Origin: a virus
Lineage: Duplodnaviria; Heunggongvirae; Uroviricota; Caudoviricetes
Strand: one strand, 5' to 3'
Length of the DNA stretch: 48,375 bases
Virus record (IMG/VR): IMGVR_UViG_3300038443_000660
Location: 194,082 to 242,456 of that record
Below the pieces are notes generated by a model. It saw only the letters and a list, made by a program, of their open reading frames with translations, did no database searches and was not told where the DNA came from. This document shows positions 1 through 9,427 of this stretch, one piece after another. The translations under genes and the position numbers were made by a program. Positions within the stretch are counted from its first letter, which is position 1; each line of letters opens with the position of its first letter.

Positions 1-787
1 CAGGGATATCGATGTAGTGTTCCTCAAAGAGATTCTTTAGACCAATTAGGAATGATTCTGCGATTTCAGTTCTAACGTTTGACTGAATTTCAACACGGTT
101 TTCCTCAATCCAATCGGTAACGACCTTATCGAGATAAGAGTCCATCTTATCAATCATGCCTTCAACGAATACTTCTTGATCGGCTTCGTTCTGTTCAAGA
201 ATTTGTTCAACTACTTCTGAAATAACTTCGTTTGAAGCAGCAACAACGGCAGTTTCAAAGATAGACTTTACTCTATTCTTGAATTCTTCTGACAAGTCTT
301 CCTTACCGAACAGAGCGGCGAGATGTTCAGCAACGTCGATGTCTTCCTTAGTGACCTTACGAACCTTAATATCAACTTCTGAATTGTCGTCATCAGAGTC
401 TGAATTTGAATCGTCGTCATTTTCTTCGTCTGAATCCGCATCGGAAGGCTTCTTAATTGTAACTTCCTTGCCTTCTGTGTCGGAATCGTCTACATCGGTA
501 GCACCGTCATCATCATCTTCGTCTTCGTCAGCTTCGTTGACTTGCTTTAACTTCTTATGCTTGATGTCATCCTTATTCTCGGAATCGGCATTGCCTTTCT
601 TGGCTTCAAGCTTTTTATTCTTTTCAGCGTCGTCTTCCTTTTCCTTAACCTGCTTCAACTTGGTAGCAGGGGCAGACTTATCTAGAGCGGGATCAGGAAC
701 TTCTGAAACGCCGTCATCTGACTTGAAAGATTCTTCAAGAACTTTATTCTTAATCGTATTTTTGATTTCATTCAAAAGCTTTGACAT
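1..787 (-). CDS. gp22: Prohead core/scaffold protein (T4 gp22-like), runs off the left edge
   Basis: Not in the ORF track. ATG at 787 with AGGAGA RBS (799-804). Reads MSKLLNEIK..., then an acidic tract, then EDLSEEFKNRVKSIFETAV...MDSYLDKVVTDWIEEN...AESFLIGLKNLFEEHYIDIP. Directly downstream of gp21. Confidence 0.88.
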   Translation of the reverse strand, partial: MSKLLNEIKNTIKNKVLEESFKSDDGVSEVPDPALDKSAPATKLKQVKEKEDDAEKNKKLEAKKGNADSENKDDIKHKKLKQVNEADEDEDDDDGATDVDDSDTEGKEVTIKKPSDADSDEENDDDSNSDSDDDNSEVDIKVRKVTKEDIDVAEHLAALFGKEDLSEEFKNRVKSIFETAVVAASNEVISEVVEQILEQNEADQEVFVEGMIDKMDSYLDKVVTDWIEENRVEIQSNVRTEIAESFLIGLKNLFEEHYIDIP

Positions 788-880
788 TTTGTTTGTTTTC
801 TCCTAGAAATGGAATTATTTCATGTACTTCATGCATTATTTATCATTTTTATTTTTTTACATGATAAAAGTTGCAATGAA

Positions 881-1522
881 TTACTTGAAAAACTGTTCGA
901 AAGCTTTGAGAAACTTTTCTTCTCTAAGTTGACGATCTTTGGTATTCTTGATTTCTCTAATTTGTTCATTAATAGTTTCTTGACGCTTCCATTCTAGACC
1001 ATCGAAAATCCACTCTTGATTTTCAATGATGGCTTCCATGTATGCGCCGGGTGCTGATGGTGTAGCTACAATATCAACTGTAACGAGATTGAAATCGGGC
1101 TGAACAATTTTGAGGCCATTTGATTCCTTAATAGAACCAAGTCCTCTTGAAGAAACACCAAGACGAACACCCTCATTAATGAGAGTCTTGGCAATTTTGC
1201 CCATTGGAGTTTCCATGAGACGGGCCTTGCCATAGGCAATATTGCCGTCCATTTTCAGTTCAGTGATGAGATGCGATACTTTATCAAGATTGAGAGTAGG
1301 CCCGCCCATGGGATGGTTTAACTCACCCATGCTGCGATTTTCTTTAATAGCTTGCTGATATTTATTGACTTGGTTTTCCAGAACGCTTCTGGGGTAGACA
1401 CGTCCATTGCCGTTTCTTTCTTCGGCAACCATAAAACGGCCAGAAATAGTATATTTCTTTGCGCCGTTTACTTCTTCGGTAAGATATTCAACATCTTCTG
1501 TGGTTTCGTTAAGCAAAAACAT
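881..1522 (-). CDS. gp21: Prohead protease
   Basis: NGNGRVYP, GELNHP and GVSSRGLGS motifs; position in the head gene cluster. Confidence 0.96.
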   Translation of the reverse strand: MFLLNETTEDVEYLTEEVNGAKKYTISGRFMVAEERNGNGRVYPRSVLENQVNKYQQAIKENRSMGELNHPMGGPTLNLDKVSHLITELKMDGNIAYGKARLMETPMGKIAKTLINEGVRLGVSSRGLGSIKESNGLKIVQPDFNLVTVDIVATPSAPGAYMEAIIENQEWIFDGLEWKRQETINEQIREIKNTKDRQLREEKFLKAFEQFFK

Positions 1523-1526
1523 GAAA

Positions 1527-1561
1527 AATCTCCTAAATATTTCAATTATATTTAGGAGATT
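1527..1561 (-). promoter_or_regulatory. Late-promoter-like CTAAATA inside a 14-bp perfect inverted repeat that pairs with the gp21 RBS
   Basis: aatctcctaaatat (1527-1540) / atatttaggagatt (1548-1561). Confidence 0.65.
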
Positions 1562-1576
1562 CGATAGTTTAGGAAT

Positions 1577-1858
1577 TTAAACTCTATATTTTGTGTGTTT
1601 GGATTTGTCGTGAAAATCGTAATATTGCTGTTTTGGAGTGGTATCAGGTTCTTCTTTGTTTCTTATTTTTCGATTTGCTCTATTAATATTCTTGAAACGC
1701 TTAAAAATATACTTATCTGTTTCTTTCTGTTCTGGACTGTGCGGCGTTTGGTTATTATATTTTTGAACAGCCCTTGCTTTATCTTCCGATGCTTTTTCTA
1801 CATATCGTTTCATTAAAGATGGTGACAATTCACATAGATATTCTCTGAATTTAGCCAT
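1577..1858 (-). CDS. Putative internal head protein, basic, with a capsid-targeting-like N-terminus
   Basis: N-terminus MAKFREYLCE resembles the T4 internal-protein targeting sequence (MKTYQEFIAE-type); shares a module with 2009..3226. Confidence 0.55.
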   Translation of the reverse strand: MAKFREYLCELSPSLMKRYVEKASEDKARAVQKYNNQTPHSPEQKETDKYIFKRFKNINRANRKIRNKEEPDTTPKQQYYDFHDKSKHTKYRV

Positions 1859-1860
1859 CT

Positions 1861-2007
1861 TTATTCATCTTTAAAATATTCGGTAGCAACTCGTTCCTTG
1901 GAATTTTCGATTGCCAGTGATGCCTTTTCGTATAAAACATCCTTAACTTTTTCTGAAAAATTCAATGGTTGGTTGTTTTCTATTAATTCTTTGACTTCTT
2001 TCTTCAT
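1861..2007 (-). CDS. Small prohead core protein (gp67-like, 48 aa)
   Basis: Not in the ORF track. MKKEVKELIENNQPLNFSEKVKDVLYEKASLAIENSKERVATEYFKDE fills the gap between its neighbours and is paralogous to the N-terminus of 2009..3226. Confidence 0.65.
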   Translation of the reverse strand: MKKEVKELIENNQPLNFSEKVKDVLYEKASLAIENSKERVATEYFKDE

Positions 2008-2008
2008 A

Positions 2009-3226
2009 TTACTTATCTTCCGTGTTATCGTCTGACTCGTTTACGTGCTTATCCCAAGTAGTTTGCTTTGGCGTATTCTTCTTAATCAAATCAGACCATT
2101 TGCGTTGCGCAGCAGCTTTTGATGTTCTCTTTTTGTTAACAACAAAAGTAGAAAATGTCTTTCCTGACTTTCCACCATGAGAAGTAGAAATGTAATGAGC
2201 ACCCATATCTTCATTAGTTAGTTTACCAACAGCTTTATTGATAAATTTTTCTCTTTTGAGAATTTTTTCGTTGTTTTTTTCTATATGTGAAATATTCTTA
2301 GAGCGGTCCATAGTAAATAATCTTCTAGAATTGCTCATTCCAAGATTATCTAAAGCCTTGTTAAAATTGTCCATGCGTTTATCTGAATTACTTGATGTGG
2401 CTTTCTTGACATAATTGCCAAGCAACTGCTTTGATACTTCATTGATTTCTTCTTCATTCAGCTTTTTGTTGGTATCAACCATTCTGACATGAGGGAAACC
2501 ACCAAGTTCTTTACCTTTCTTGATTGCTTCATTTCTATCATCGTGTGAGTGAACAACATTACCGTTCTTGTCGATTAGACGATAACGACCAAGCATATTA
2601 ACATTTTGTTTTTCAGTAATTTCTTCTTCTGAAAGTTTATCTACAGCCTTAGCTATACCTTGACGACGCTTCCACGATTTATTGAAATTTTTATCGGCAA
2701 TGTAATCATCTTTCTTAGCTTGCATATATTCATCACCAGTATATTTTTCTTTGTTATTCAACTTATCTCTAAATTTATTTGCTCTTTCCGCATATCTAGC
2801 AGTAACAGCCGATCTAGTAGCAACATCATGTGAAGCTTTCTTGATATAAGAACCAAGTGTAGCCTTAGAGATTTCATCAATTTGTTCAATATCCTCATTG
2901 ACAGGCTTACCGTCTTTTTCAGCAAGTTTGACTGCAATCAAATACTGCTTTTTTGGTGGAACTTTAAGCATTGCTGCTACTTTGTTACGAGCATCCAAAG
3001 ATGATGGAGCATGGACTTCTACTCTTTTGCCATTGTAGAAACATACATACCCAAATTGCTGAAAATTAGCCTCTGAAAGTTCTTCTGATTCAAATACAGT
3101 AGGAGCAACAGCTTCAACCATGGAATCAAGTTTCTCTGCTACCTTATCGTACAATGTAGATTTAATATCTTCGAACAAATCCAAAGCTTGATTGTTTTCC
3201 AGAAGTTTCTTGACTGATTTCTTCAT
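2009..3226 (-). CDS. Prohead core/internal protein with a gp67-like N-terminus and repeated basic modules
   Basis: Between portal and protease. Repeats EISKATLGSYIKKA and EVSKQLLGNYVKKA are separated by acidic L/I-x-E segments. Confidence 0.6.
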   Translation of the reverse strand: MKKSVKKLLENNQALDLFEDIKSTLYDKVAEKLDSMVEAVAPTVFESEELSEANFQQFGYVCFYNGKRVEVHAPSSLDARNKVAAMLKVPPKKQYLIAVKLAEKDGKPVNEDIEQIDEISKATLGSYIKKASHDVATRSAVTARYAERANKFRDKLNNKEKYTGDEYMQAKKDDYIADKNFNKSWKRRQGIAKAVDKLSEEEITEKQNVNMLGRYRLIDKNGNVVHSHDDRNEAIKKGKELGGFPHVRMVDTNKKLNEEEINEVSKQLLGNYVKKATSSNSDKRMDNFNKALDNLGMSNSRRLFTMDRSKNISHIEKNNEKILKREKFINKAVGKLTNEDMGAHYISTSHGGKSGKTFSTFVVNKKRTSKAAAQRKWSDLIKKNTPKQTTWDKHVNESDDNTEDK

Positions 3227-3248
3227 TTTTTATTATTGTCCTTCGGAT

Positions 3249-3641
3249 TTATTCTGAACGCAATTGACGTTCATTTGTAGTGTAATTCTTACCAACAAAA
3301 TCATTATTCTTTTTGGTTAACTTGTTGGTAGGATTATCGCCAAGTTGATTGTAATCGTCTCTATACTTTCTATCGTCTTTCAACGCATTTTTGATGACAG
3401 AGACTGGATATTTTAAAATCTTGCCTAAGCCATCTTTCTCTTGTGGTGTGTAGTCAACAATAGAAAGATTGCTGTAATGCTGTTGCATCATGGCCTTGTG
3501 ACCATCAGTCATTTCCAGAATTGGTTCGGCGGTTTCGGCAATCAAATTGGCAACGGCGGTTTCGGCACGTTCTGTAATAATGTTGTCGATATGTCCAAGT
3601 TTTCCTTCCAGAAATTCTCGAAATTCTTTTTTATTAATCAT
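3249..3641 (-). CDS. Hypothetical head-cluster protein (possible core protein)
   Basis: AGGAAA RBS and upstream TAAATA motif; lies in the gp67/gp68 interval. Confidence 0.55.
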   Translation of the reverse strand: MINKKEFREFLEGKLGHIDNIITERAETAVANLIAETAEPILEMTDGHKAMMQQHYSNLSIVDYTPQEKDGLGKILKYPVSVIKNALKDDRKYRDDYNQLGDNPTNKLTKKNNDFVGKNYTTNERQLRSE

Positions 3642-3706
3642 GTCTATATGATTTCCTAAGATATGTATGGAACACTATTATTTATAGAATCTTGATATTC
3701 AGTTTT

Positions 3707-5392
3707 TTACGATATCCAATTGGAGTTTTCGTCGTCATCTTCGGGTTGTTGCTGCATTTGCTGTTGGTCCATGCCACCATCCATTGGCTGACCCCCGCCC
3801 ATTCCATCATCAAAACCACCGCCCATGCCGCCCATTGACGGGTCGCCAAAACCACCGCCCATGCCATCACCGAAACCACCGCCAAATCCGGCCATTTGAT
3901 ATGCCGGTTCTTCATCAATCTCTTTTTTCATTTTTTCCCATTCTTCTTCTGACAATCGAAGAATATTGGTTCTAACCCAATTCTGTGAATAGAATTTACC
4001 AATATATGGTTCGATAGAACGCAGATTGTTGATACGGTTCTGCATGATTTCACCTTCTTTTAGTTCGGTGAAATGTGTGTTTTCCAGATAGGTGATGATG
4101 ATATCGTCACGATACTTTTCCCATTCTGTAGAAGTCAGGACGGATTTGATAATTAATTGGTCGCCCAGAATATCGAGGAACAAATCAGAGAAACGAAGTC
4201 TCAATCGATTAACGAAGTTACCGAACTTCAATTCATCACGAGTAATTTCAGAAGGCCGCCCAAGATTAAAACCAGATTCAGAATCGAGTCGTGAAATAGG
4301 GACATTCAAAGCTTCATAAAGCTTCTTTTTCATGTAGTCGATGTCTGCAATCTGGTCCAGATTTTGTCCACCGGGAAGTGACGTTACAGAAGTGCCTTTA
4401 CCATCTCTTTGAGGAAACCAGAAATCTTCGAGCATAGTCGAAATTCTTTTATCATCTGAAACTTCGCCAGTTTCAGTATCAAACTTCAACTTTTTGTTAT
4501 GTTTCTTCATGATTTCAGCGACGTATTGTTCAGCTTTCGTTTTAGGAAGCTGACCAATCTCAATGTTGAATATTCTTCTTTCTGGCGCTCTGGAAATACG
4601 ATAGATAACCATCGCATCTTCAAGCATTCTTAAAGTCTGAAATGATTTGAGGGCTTTGTGAAGATTTGATAGAATAATCGAACCTGTCGAATCATAGATA
4701 CCAGAATGTGTATATACAATAGAACTAGCAGTAAGAGGGATACCAGATGGAGATTTAGGGCTTACACCATTAGCATTATAAACATAATATTCTATATATT
4801 TTTTGTTAACTTCAATCCCCGGAGTAACGATTCGAGCATAATCCGGAATCTTTTTGTTACTGCGAATCTGTTCACGTACTTTTTTGATTTTTCGAGGGTC
4901 GATATATCTTAATTCATAGATACCATTCTTGGTATTTTTAACATCAATATTTTTTTGATAATACAACCTGCCGTCAACATACCAATTGCGAAAGATTTTA
5001 TAACAATCTTTCTTGAAATTCATCATTCTTAGAATATTGTCAAACTCTTTCTTGATTTTTCCTCTAACAACATCTGGAATATCAATGTGAGATGTATCAA
5101 TATCGACTGGTCCATTTGGATTATCGTAAGCAAAAGCTTCATTGATAATATCGTCAATTGCTTTATCTACTTCCGGTTGACCGGCTAACTGTCTATACTT
5201 GGTTATCAAGGACATTTCGTCCATATTAACGGCGTCAAGATTTACGCCATAATTATAATAACCAGAGGCGGAAGACCCTATTTCAAGGGCACCATCATTA
5301 TTAGTTTTTTCGATGACATTGATTGTGGAACTTTCACGTTCCTTCTTTTCAACATCAACACCACGATTTAGTGAATAGCCCCAAAATCTCAT
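3707..5392 (-). CDS. gp20: Portal vertex protein
   Basis: WYVDGRLYY, YIDPRKIKKVR, LEDAMVIYRISRAPERRIF and EITRDELKF motifs. Confidence 0.97.
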   Translation of the reverse strand: MRFWGYSLNRGVDVEKKERESSTINVIEKTNNDGALEIGSSASGYYNYGVNLDAVNMDEMSLITKYRQLAGQPEVDKAIDDIINEAFAYDNPNGPVDIDTSHIDIPDVVRGKIKKEFDNILRMMNFKKDCYKIFRNWYVDGRLYYQKNIDVKNTKNGIYELRYIDPRKIKKVREQIRSNKKIPDYARIVTPGIEVNKKYIEYYVYNANGVSPKSPSGIPLTASSIVYTHSGIYDSTGSIILSNLHKALKSFQTLRMLEDAMVIYRISRAPERRIFNIEIGQLPKTKAEQYVAEIMKKHNKKLKFDTETGEVSDDKRISTMLEDFWFPQRDGKGTSVTSLPGGQNLDQIADIDYMKKKLYEALNVPISRLDSESGFNLGRPSEITRDELKFGNFVNRLRLRFSDLFLDILGDQLIIKSVLTSTEWEKYRDDIIITYLENTHFTELKEGEIMQNRINNLRSIEPYIGKFYSQNWVRTNILRLSEEEWEKMKKEIDEEPAYQMAGFGGGFGDGMGGGFGDPSMGGMGGGFDDGMGGGQPMDGGMDQQQMQQQPEDDDENSNWIS

Positions 5393-5425
5393 GTGATATT
5401 TTCTTTGCTGTTTATAAAAATTCTG

Positions 5426-5455
5426 CTATAAGAAATTTGCATTTTCCTTATAGTA
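5426..5455 (-). terminator. Stem-loop after the tail tube gene
   Basis: ctataag / cttatag inverted repeat just past the gp19 stop. Confidence 0.4.
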
Positions 5456-5456
5456 A

Positions 5457-6017
5457 TTAGGCATCCAGATTTCCGGCAAAACCAGTTGCTGATAGGTCGC
5501 CAAGTGTCCAGTAATCGACAGAAAATGTTACGTCATAACGAATGATATCGTCTTGACCCCAATCAAGACCAGCAGCAGCAACAGAAACGGGCCAAATGCC
5601 ATAAAATTTATATTGACGAAGCACTTGTCCAGTCTGTGAATACTGAATCACATCACCGGTAGACTTATACAAGGATTGGTCTGAACTTGTAGTTCTACGG
5701 ATGTTTCCAATTGGCGAGTTAATCGCATGTGACCATTCTTCCAAAGCATTACGAACAAGCCAATCTTCGTCATTGATGATGGTGACGCTCCAATCTGGAT
5801 AATTTTGTGTAACACCAGCAACTTTGATGCTTCTACCAAAATAAGGTACTTGAATTTGGTTTATGTCTCTTTGTGGTACTTGCGTGGCCTGTGCTGTCAT
5901 TCTTAATTTCTGGTCGCCAGTACTATTGATAGGGTTGGTGACGATAATTTCGAAAAGGTTGGCTCTTGCTCCACCATTGGTAAGAGAAGATTTGAATTCG
6001 TTAATATTGAATGGCAT
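5457..6017 (-). CDS. gp19: Tail tube protein (start reassigned to MPFNINEF)
   Basis: GGARANLF, PYFGRSIKVAG, WSVTIINDED and FYGIWP motifs; GGAG RBS before 6017. Confidence 0.95.
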   Translation of the reverse strand: MPFNINEFKSSLTNGGARANLFEIIVTNPINSTGDQKLRMTAQATQVPQRDINQIQVPYFGRSIKVAGVTQNYPDWSVTIINDEDWLVRNALEEWSHAINSPIGNIRRTTSSDQSLYKSTGDVIQYSQTGQVLRQYKFYGIWPVSVAAAGLDWGQDDIIRYDVTFSVDYWTLGDLSATGFAGNLDA

Positions 6018-6104
6018 TGTATTACTTAGTCTCCAAAAATATAAATATGCTTCATCTTTATTTATCAAAAATGACGCTCTATCTTGTCTAGAAATACACA
6101 ATAT

Positions 6105-6140
6105 AGAGAAAGAAAAGGCCGATCATAAAGACCGGCCTGT
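6105..6140 (-). terminator. Rho-independent terminator after the tail sheath gene
   Basis: Minus strand aggccggtc-tttat-gatcggcct followed by tttctttct. Confidence 0.65.
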
Positions 6141-6183
6141 TAATCATCGAATATTTGATTATTGTTATGTAGTTATTTATTGC

Positions 6184-8100
6184 TTAACCGAATTTACCAG
6201 CAATTTCGTCAAAGTTGACGCCAGTTCTGGTAGCAATGAAGTTAAGGCGAATGAACTCGATTGCTCTTGCTGGCTGAATGTAGATATCAGCAACAAATTC
6301 ATTTCTATCAATAACTTCCGATGTATTATTTGAACCATCGCATATTACTTTGAAGTTATAGATACCACGTCTACCTTGCACGTCTCTCAAATATGGTTCA
6401 ACCATATTTCTGAATTGCGCTCTGGTAAAATCATCGTTGAATTCGAAAAGCTGATATTTCGCAGCTTTGGCGATAGCTTTTTCGAGAACGATGAACAATC
6501 TGCGAACGTTGATGCGGTCGAAAGCCGATGGCTTGGCCAGCAATGTCTTTTGACCGAACAGAACCGTCCCGTCACCGGCAAATGTTGCAACGTTGTTTAC
6601 AGAGTTCTTGTAAAGAATATCACGGTCATCAACTTTTGGATTCCACGCCAGCTTTACAACATTCTTGATGTTACCACGATTGAAACCGGCAGCAGCCCAC
6701 CAAGGGTCACGGTCCATATCTGTCTTAACATGAACACCAGCAATATCGGCATTCATAGGAACAAATCTGAAAATATCGTTATATCTATCGTATTGCCACT
6801 TCCAATTGTTGTCGAGAGAAGCATAAGAAGTAGAAGGCAAAGTATTACGATAATTGATAATATCTACAGCTTCGTCACCCTTGTTATTGACACAATATTC
6901 CTTTGGCGGAGAGAAGAACGCAATGCAATCGGCTCTCTTTTCACAAATGTTATTAATGATATATGTAGCAACAGTCTGTGTAACATCAGAACCAATGATA
7001 ATTGAAACATCTGATTCTTCTGGTGAATCGAAGTATGAATAACCACGAATTTTTTCATCAGCACCAATATTGTTGCCATTTGAACCATTTGTAAGCGTTA
7101 CGTTTACCGGCTGAATGTTTCCGGTAAACACCGTAGAAACAGAACCACCAGCGCCAACAATAGCGTTAGAGTGACCAGCCCAACGGACATAATCTGAACG
7201 TTGATTGATTACTTCCTTATAATATGAAGTAGAACCATCAGGATATTTACCATCAGCAGCCATTGAAATTTGTTGATAAACTTCAAGAATTTCACCTTTA
7301 CGTCCAGTGAATAATCCACCAGCATCAACTACAACAATGTGCATTTCATCGTTTCCGCCGCCCATGTTTGCGGCAACAGTCGAAGTGCCGGGAGCGATAT
7401 CTACTGAATTATAGTATTCCCAACGGCGAACAGCGCTTACACCAGTAGAAGCAGTCACAAAGTTTGAAACAGTTGTGAGCGACGTAGCGTTGGCAATTGT
7501 ATCCACCTTTTGTGTTTCGTTATTGACAATAATCAAATCACCAACAGTCAATTGGGTATTGAAGTTGGTTCCAACGCCAGTAACTACATTTGAATTAATT
7601 GTAGTGGAAACTGTACCAGTTAGATTAGATTGATATGCAGCCGCTGATGGACATACAGAAATTTTCAGTGAGTTACCAATTTCACCAGCATATTTCGCAA
7701 CCCATGGGCCGGTTGCGAACGAAGCTTGCAATTGACCGTTGCTGTATGACGCATTGTACTCGTCATCATTGCGAACCAAGAAACCCGACGCACCGGCAGT
7801 AGCATTCGTTGCTCTTGATGTAGTGTTAGCAGATGTTTCATCCGCTACACGAACAATCCAAAGTTTATTGGCATAAGCGAGAAAGTTGGCACAAGAAAAC
7901 CAGTCATTGGCGACATCATTATCAGGCTTACCAAATGTATCAAGCAACTCCTGTTCAGATGAAATCATTACTCTTTCGTTAATTGGACCCCAATTAAATT
8001 GACCGGCAATACCCGCTTCGGTTGTGGCAACGCCGGGTACGACCGTGGAAAGATCAAATTCCCGAGTCCAGACCCCCGGAGATAAAGAATTTACAAACAT
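6184..8100 (-). CDS. gp18: Tail sheath protein
   Basis: SPGV...GQFNWGP, AAGFNRG, FDRINVRRLF and FEFNDDFTR motifs. Confidence 0.97.
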   Translation of the reverse strand: MFVNSLSPGVWTREFDLSTVVPGVATTEAGIAGQFNWGPINERVMISSEQELLDTFGKPDNDVANDWFSCANFLAYANKLWIVRVADETSANTTSRATNATAGASGFLVRNDDEYNASYSNGQLQASFATGPWVAKYAGEIGNSLKISVCPSAAAYQSNLTGTVSTTINSNVVTGVGTNFNTQLTVGDLIIVNNETQKVDTIANATSLTTVSNFVTASTGVSAVRRWEYYNSVDIAPGTSTVAANMGGGNDEMHIVVVDAGGLFTGRKGEILEVYQQISMAADGKYPDGSTSYYKEVINQRSDYVRWAGHSNAIVGAGGSVSTVFTGNIQPVNVTLTNGSNGNNIGADEKIRGYSYFDSPEESDVSIIIGSDVTQTVATYIINNICEKRADCIAFFSPPKEYCVNNKGDEAVDIINYRNTLPSTSYASLDNNWKWQYDRYNDIFRFVPMNADIAGVHVKTDMDRDPWWAAAGFNRGNIKNVVKLAWNPKVDDRDILYKNSVNNVATFAGDGTVLFGQKTLLAKPSAFDRINVRRLFIVLEKAIAKAAKYQLFEFNDDFTRAQFRNMVEPYLRDVQGRRGIYNFKVICDGSNNTSEVIDRNEFVADIYIQPARAIEFIRLNFIATRTGVNFDEIAGKFG

Positions 8101-8105
8101 ATCGA

Positions 8106-8156
8106 CTCCTTTTATTCAAAAATGAATTATTTCTGAATCTATTTAGAAAAAAGGAG
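8106..8156 (-). promoter_or_regulatory. Late-promoter-like CTAAATA with an RBS-pairing inverted repeat upstream of gp18
   Basis: ctcctttt (8106-8113) / aaaaggag (8149-8156); tatttag at 8140-8146. Confidence 0.55.
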
Positions 8157-8206
8157 ATTTTGGTTTGATAAATATTAGGTCAATGTCTGTAAATTGGAGA
8201 TTATAG

Positions 8207-8524
8207 TTGGCCAAATCTAATGGAATGCTTGGAAAACAACATTCACCTGAATCAAAACTTGCAATGTCTCAAAAAAAGAAAGATTTATACAATGGAGAGA
8301 ATAATCCGATGTTTGGTAAATCTCATTCTGATGCTGCGAAGAAAAAGGTTGCAGCGTTTCGCAAAGGAAAGATATGGATTCACAAAGACATGGTTTGCAA
8401 ATCGGTTTCTTTAGATGAATTGGAAGAATTTTTATCCGATGGTTGGTCTAGAGGTCGAACCATGGATATACGAGCATCCGAAAAATACATCATGTCTTTA
8501 ATAGAAAATGGATTGACAGATTGA
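8207..8524 (+). CDS. NUMOD3-motif DNA-binding protein without a visible nuclease domain (homing endonuclease remnant)
   Basis: GKQHSPESKLAMS, GENNPMFGKSHS and C-terminal GKIWI...GWSRGR; GGAG RBS with TTG start. Confidence 0.7.
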   Translation: MAKSNGMLGKQHSPESKLAMSQKKKDLYNGENNPMFGKSHSDAAKKKVAAFRKGKIWIHKDMVCKSVSLDELEEFLSDGWSRGRTMDIRASEKYIMSLIENGLTD

Positions 8525-8541
8525 GAATTTTCTGAAACAAT
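8513..8541 (+). promoter_or_regulatory. Sigma70-like early promoter
   Basis: TTGACA-17-AACAAT ahead of the plus-strand gene block. Confidence 0.5.
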
Positions 8542-8565
8542 GGTAAAAAATGTGGAGTTTTTGTT

Positions 8566-8874
8566 ATGACTAATAATGATTTTGAAAGTGTGCTGAAAAA
8601 TGCGGTCATTACCAAGAAAGAACGTATCGTATATGACTATACGATCAAGATTGGTGATGATGTATTTGATTTGGACGATTTGATTGAAACTATTGAGGAA
8701 ACAATGTCTATGTCCGATATTGTTTGGACAGACAAAAAGATGATTGATGCAATGAAAAAGATTGGTGTATTAGAGCATGAAGGAAATTCTAAATGGTATG
8801 TAACGGCTGAACTTGGTGCTAATGGCAAATCATTTTTGGAATTTTTAAAGAAAGAACGATATAAAGATGAATGA
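8566..8874 (+). CDS. Hypothetical early protein
   Basis: GGAG RBS; tightly packed operon. Confidence 0.7.
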   Translation: MTNNDFESVLKNAVITKKERIVYDYTIKIGDDVFDLDDLIETIEETMSMSDIVWTDKKMIDAMKKIGVLEHEGNSKWYVTAELGANGKSFLEFLKKERYKDE

Positions 8875-9211
8875 ACCAAAATTAGAAGGTTTCTGGTATT
8901 CTTCACGAGAACCGCATTTTCCAATGCCTATTCCTTCTGTTTTGTCCGATGATGAAGCGAAAAAAATTCATGATTTGATAAAACAGAAGGAACGAACTGC
9001 TTATCTCTGCCTTTATAGAGGAATGTCACCATCTAGATTGGAAAAATCTCATGTTGGTAATGGAACGTATGAAACACCTGAATGGCATTGGCCAGAAGGT
9101 TTCGCAGAACATTACGTTTTAAAACATAAAGTGAAGCCGACTGACGAATTCCTTAAATTTATTGGATATAATGATGAACAAGCGCAAACCGATTCCACCA
9201 ACGACATGTGA
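8867..9211 (+). CDS. Conserved hypothetical phage protein (YRGxSxSR...G...WxWPEG..HYV type)
   Basis: Overlaps the upstream stop; motif pattern typical of small phage proteins. Confidence 0.7.
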   Translation: MNEPKLEGFWYSSREPHFPMPIPSVLSDDEAKKIHDLIKQKERTAYLCLYRGMSPSRLEKSHVGNGTYETPEWHWPEGFAEHYVLKHKVKPTDEFLKFIGYNDEQAQTDSTNDM

Positions 9212-9232
9212 AATTTTGGATGAATATTCAAC

Positions 9233-9427
9233 ATGACCAAAATGGTATTGTACAACGGAGCAATAGAAGTTGATGTTCCGATAACAGAAGAATACCTTAT
9301 CAAACTGATGTATAAAAATTCTCTTGGCATGATTTCAGTTGAAGAATGTAAATATATTCTTGAACAAGAAAAAATTTCAGGAAAGTTTGATCTTGAAACT
9401 TCAATAAAATGTATGTTGGAAGCATAA
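9233..9427 (+). CDS. Hypothetical protein
   Basis: Operon packing. Confidence 0.55.
   Translation: MTKMVLYNGAIEVDVPITEEYLIKLMYKNSLGMISVEECKYILEQEKISGKFDLETSIKCMLEA

Noticed and set aside
279-806. 175-aa Ser-rich plus-strand ORF
   Set aside because: Antisense shadow of the acidic gp22 gene
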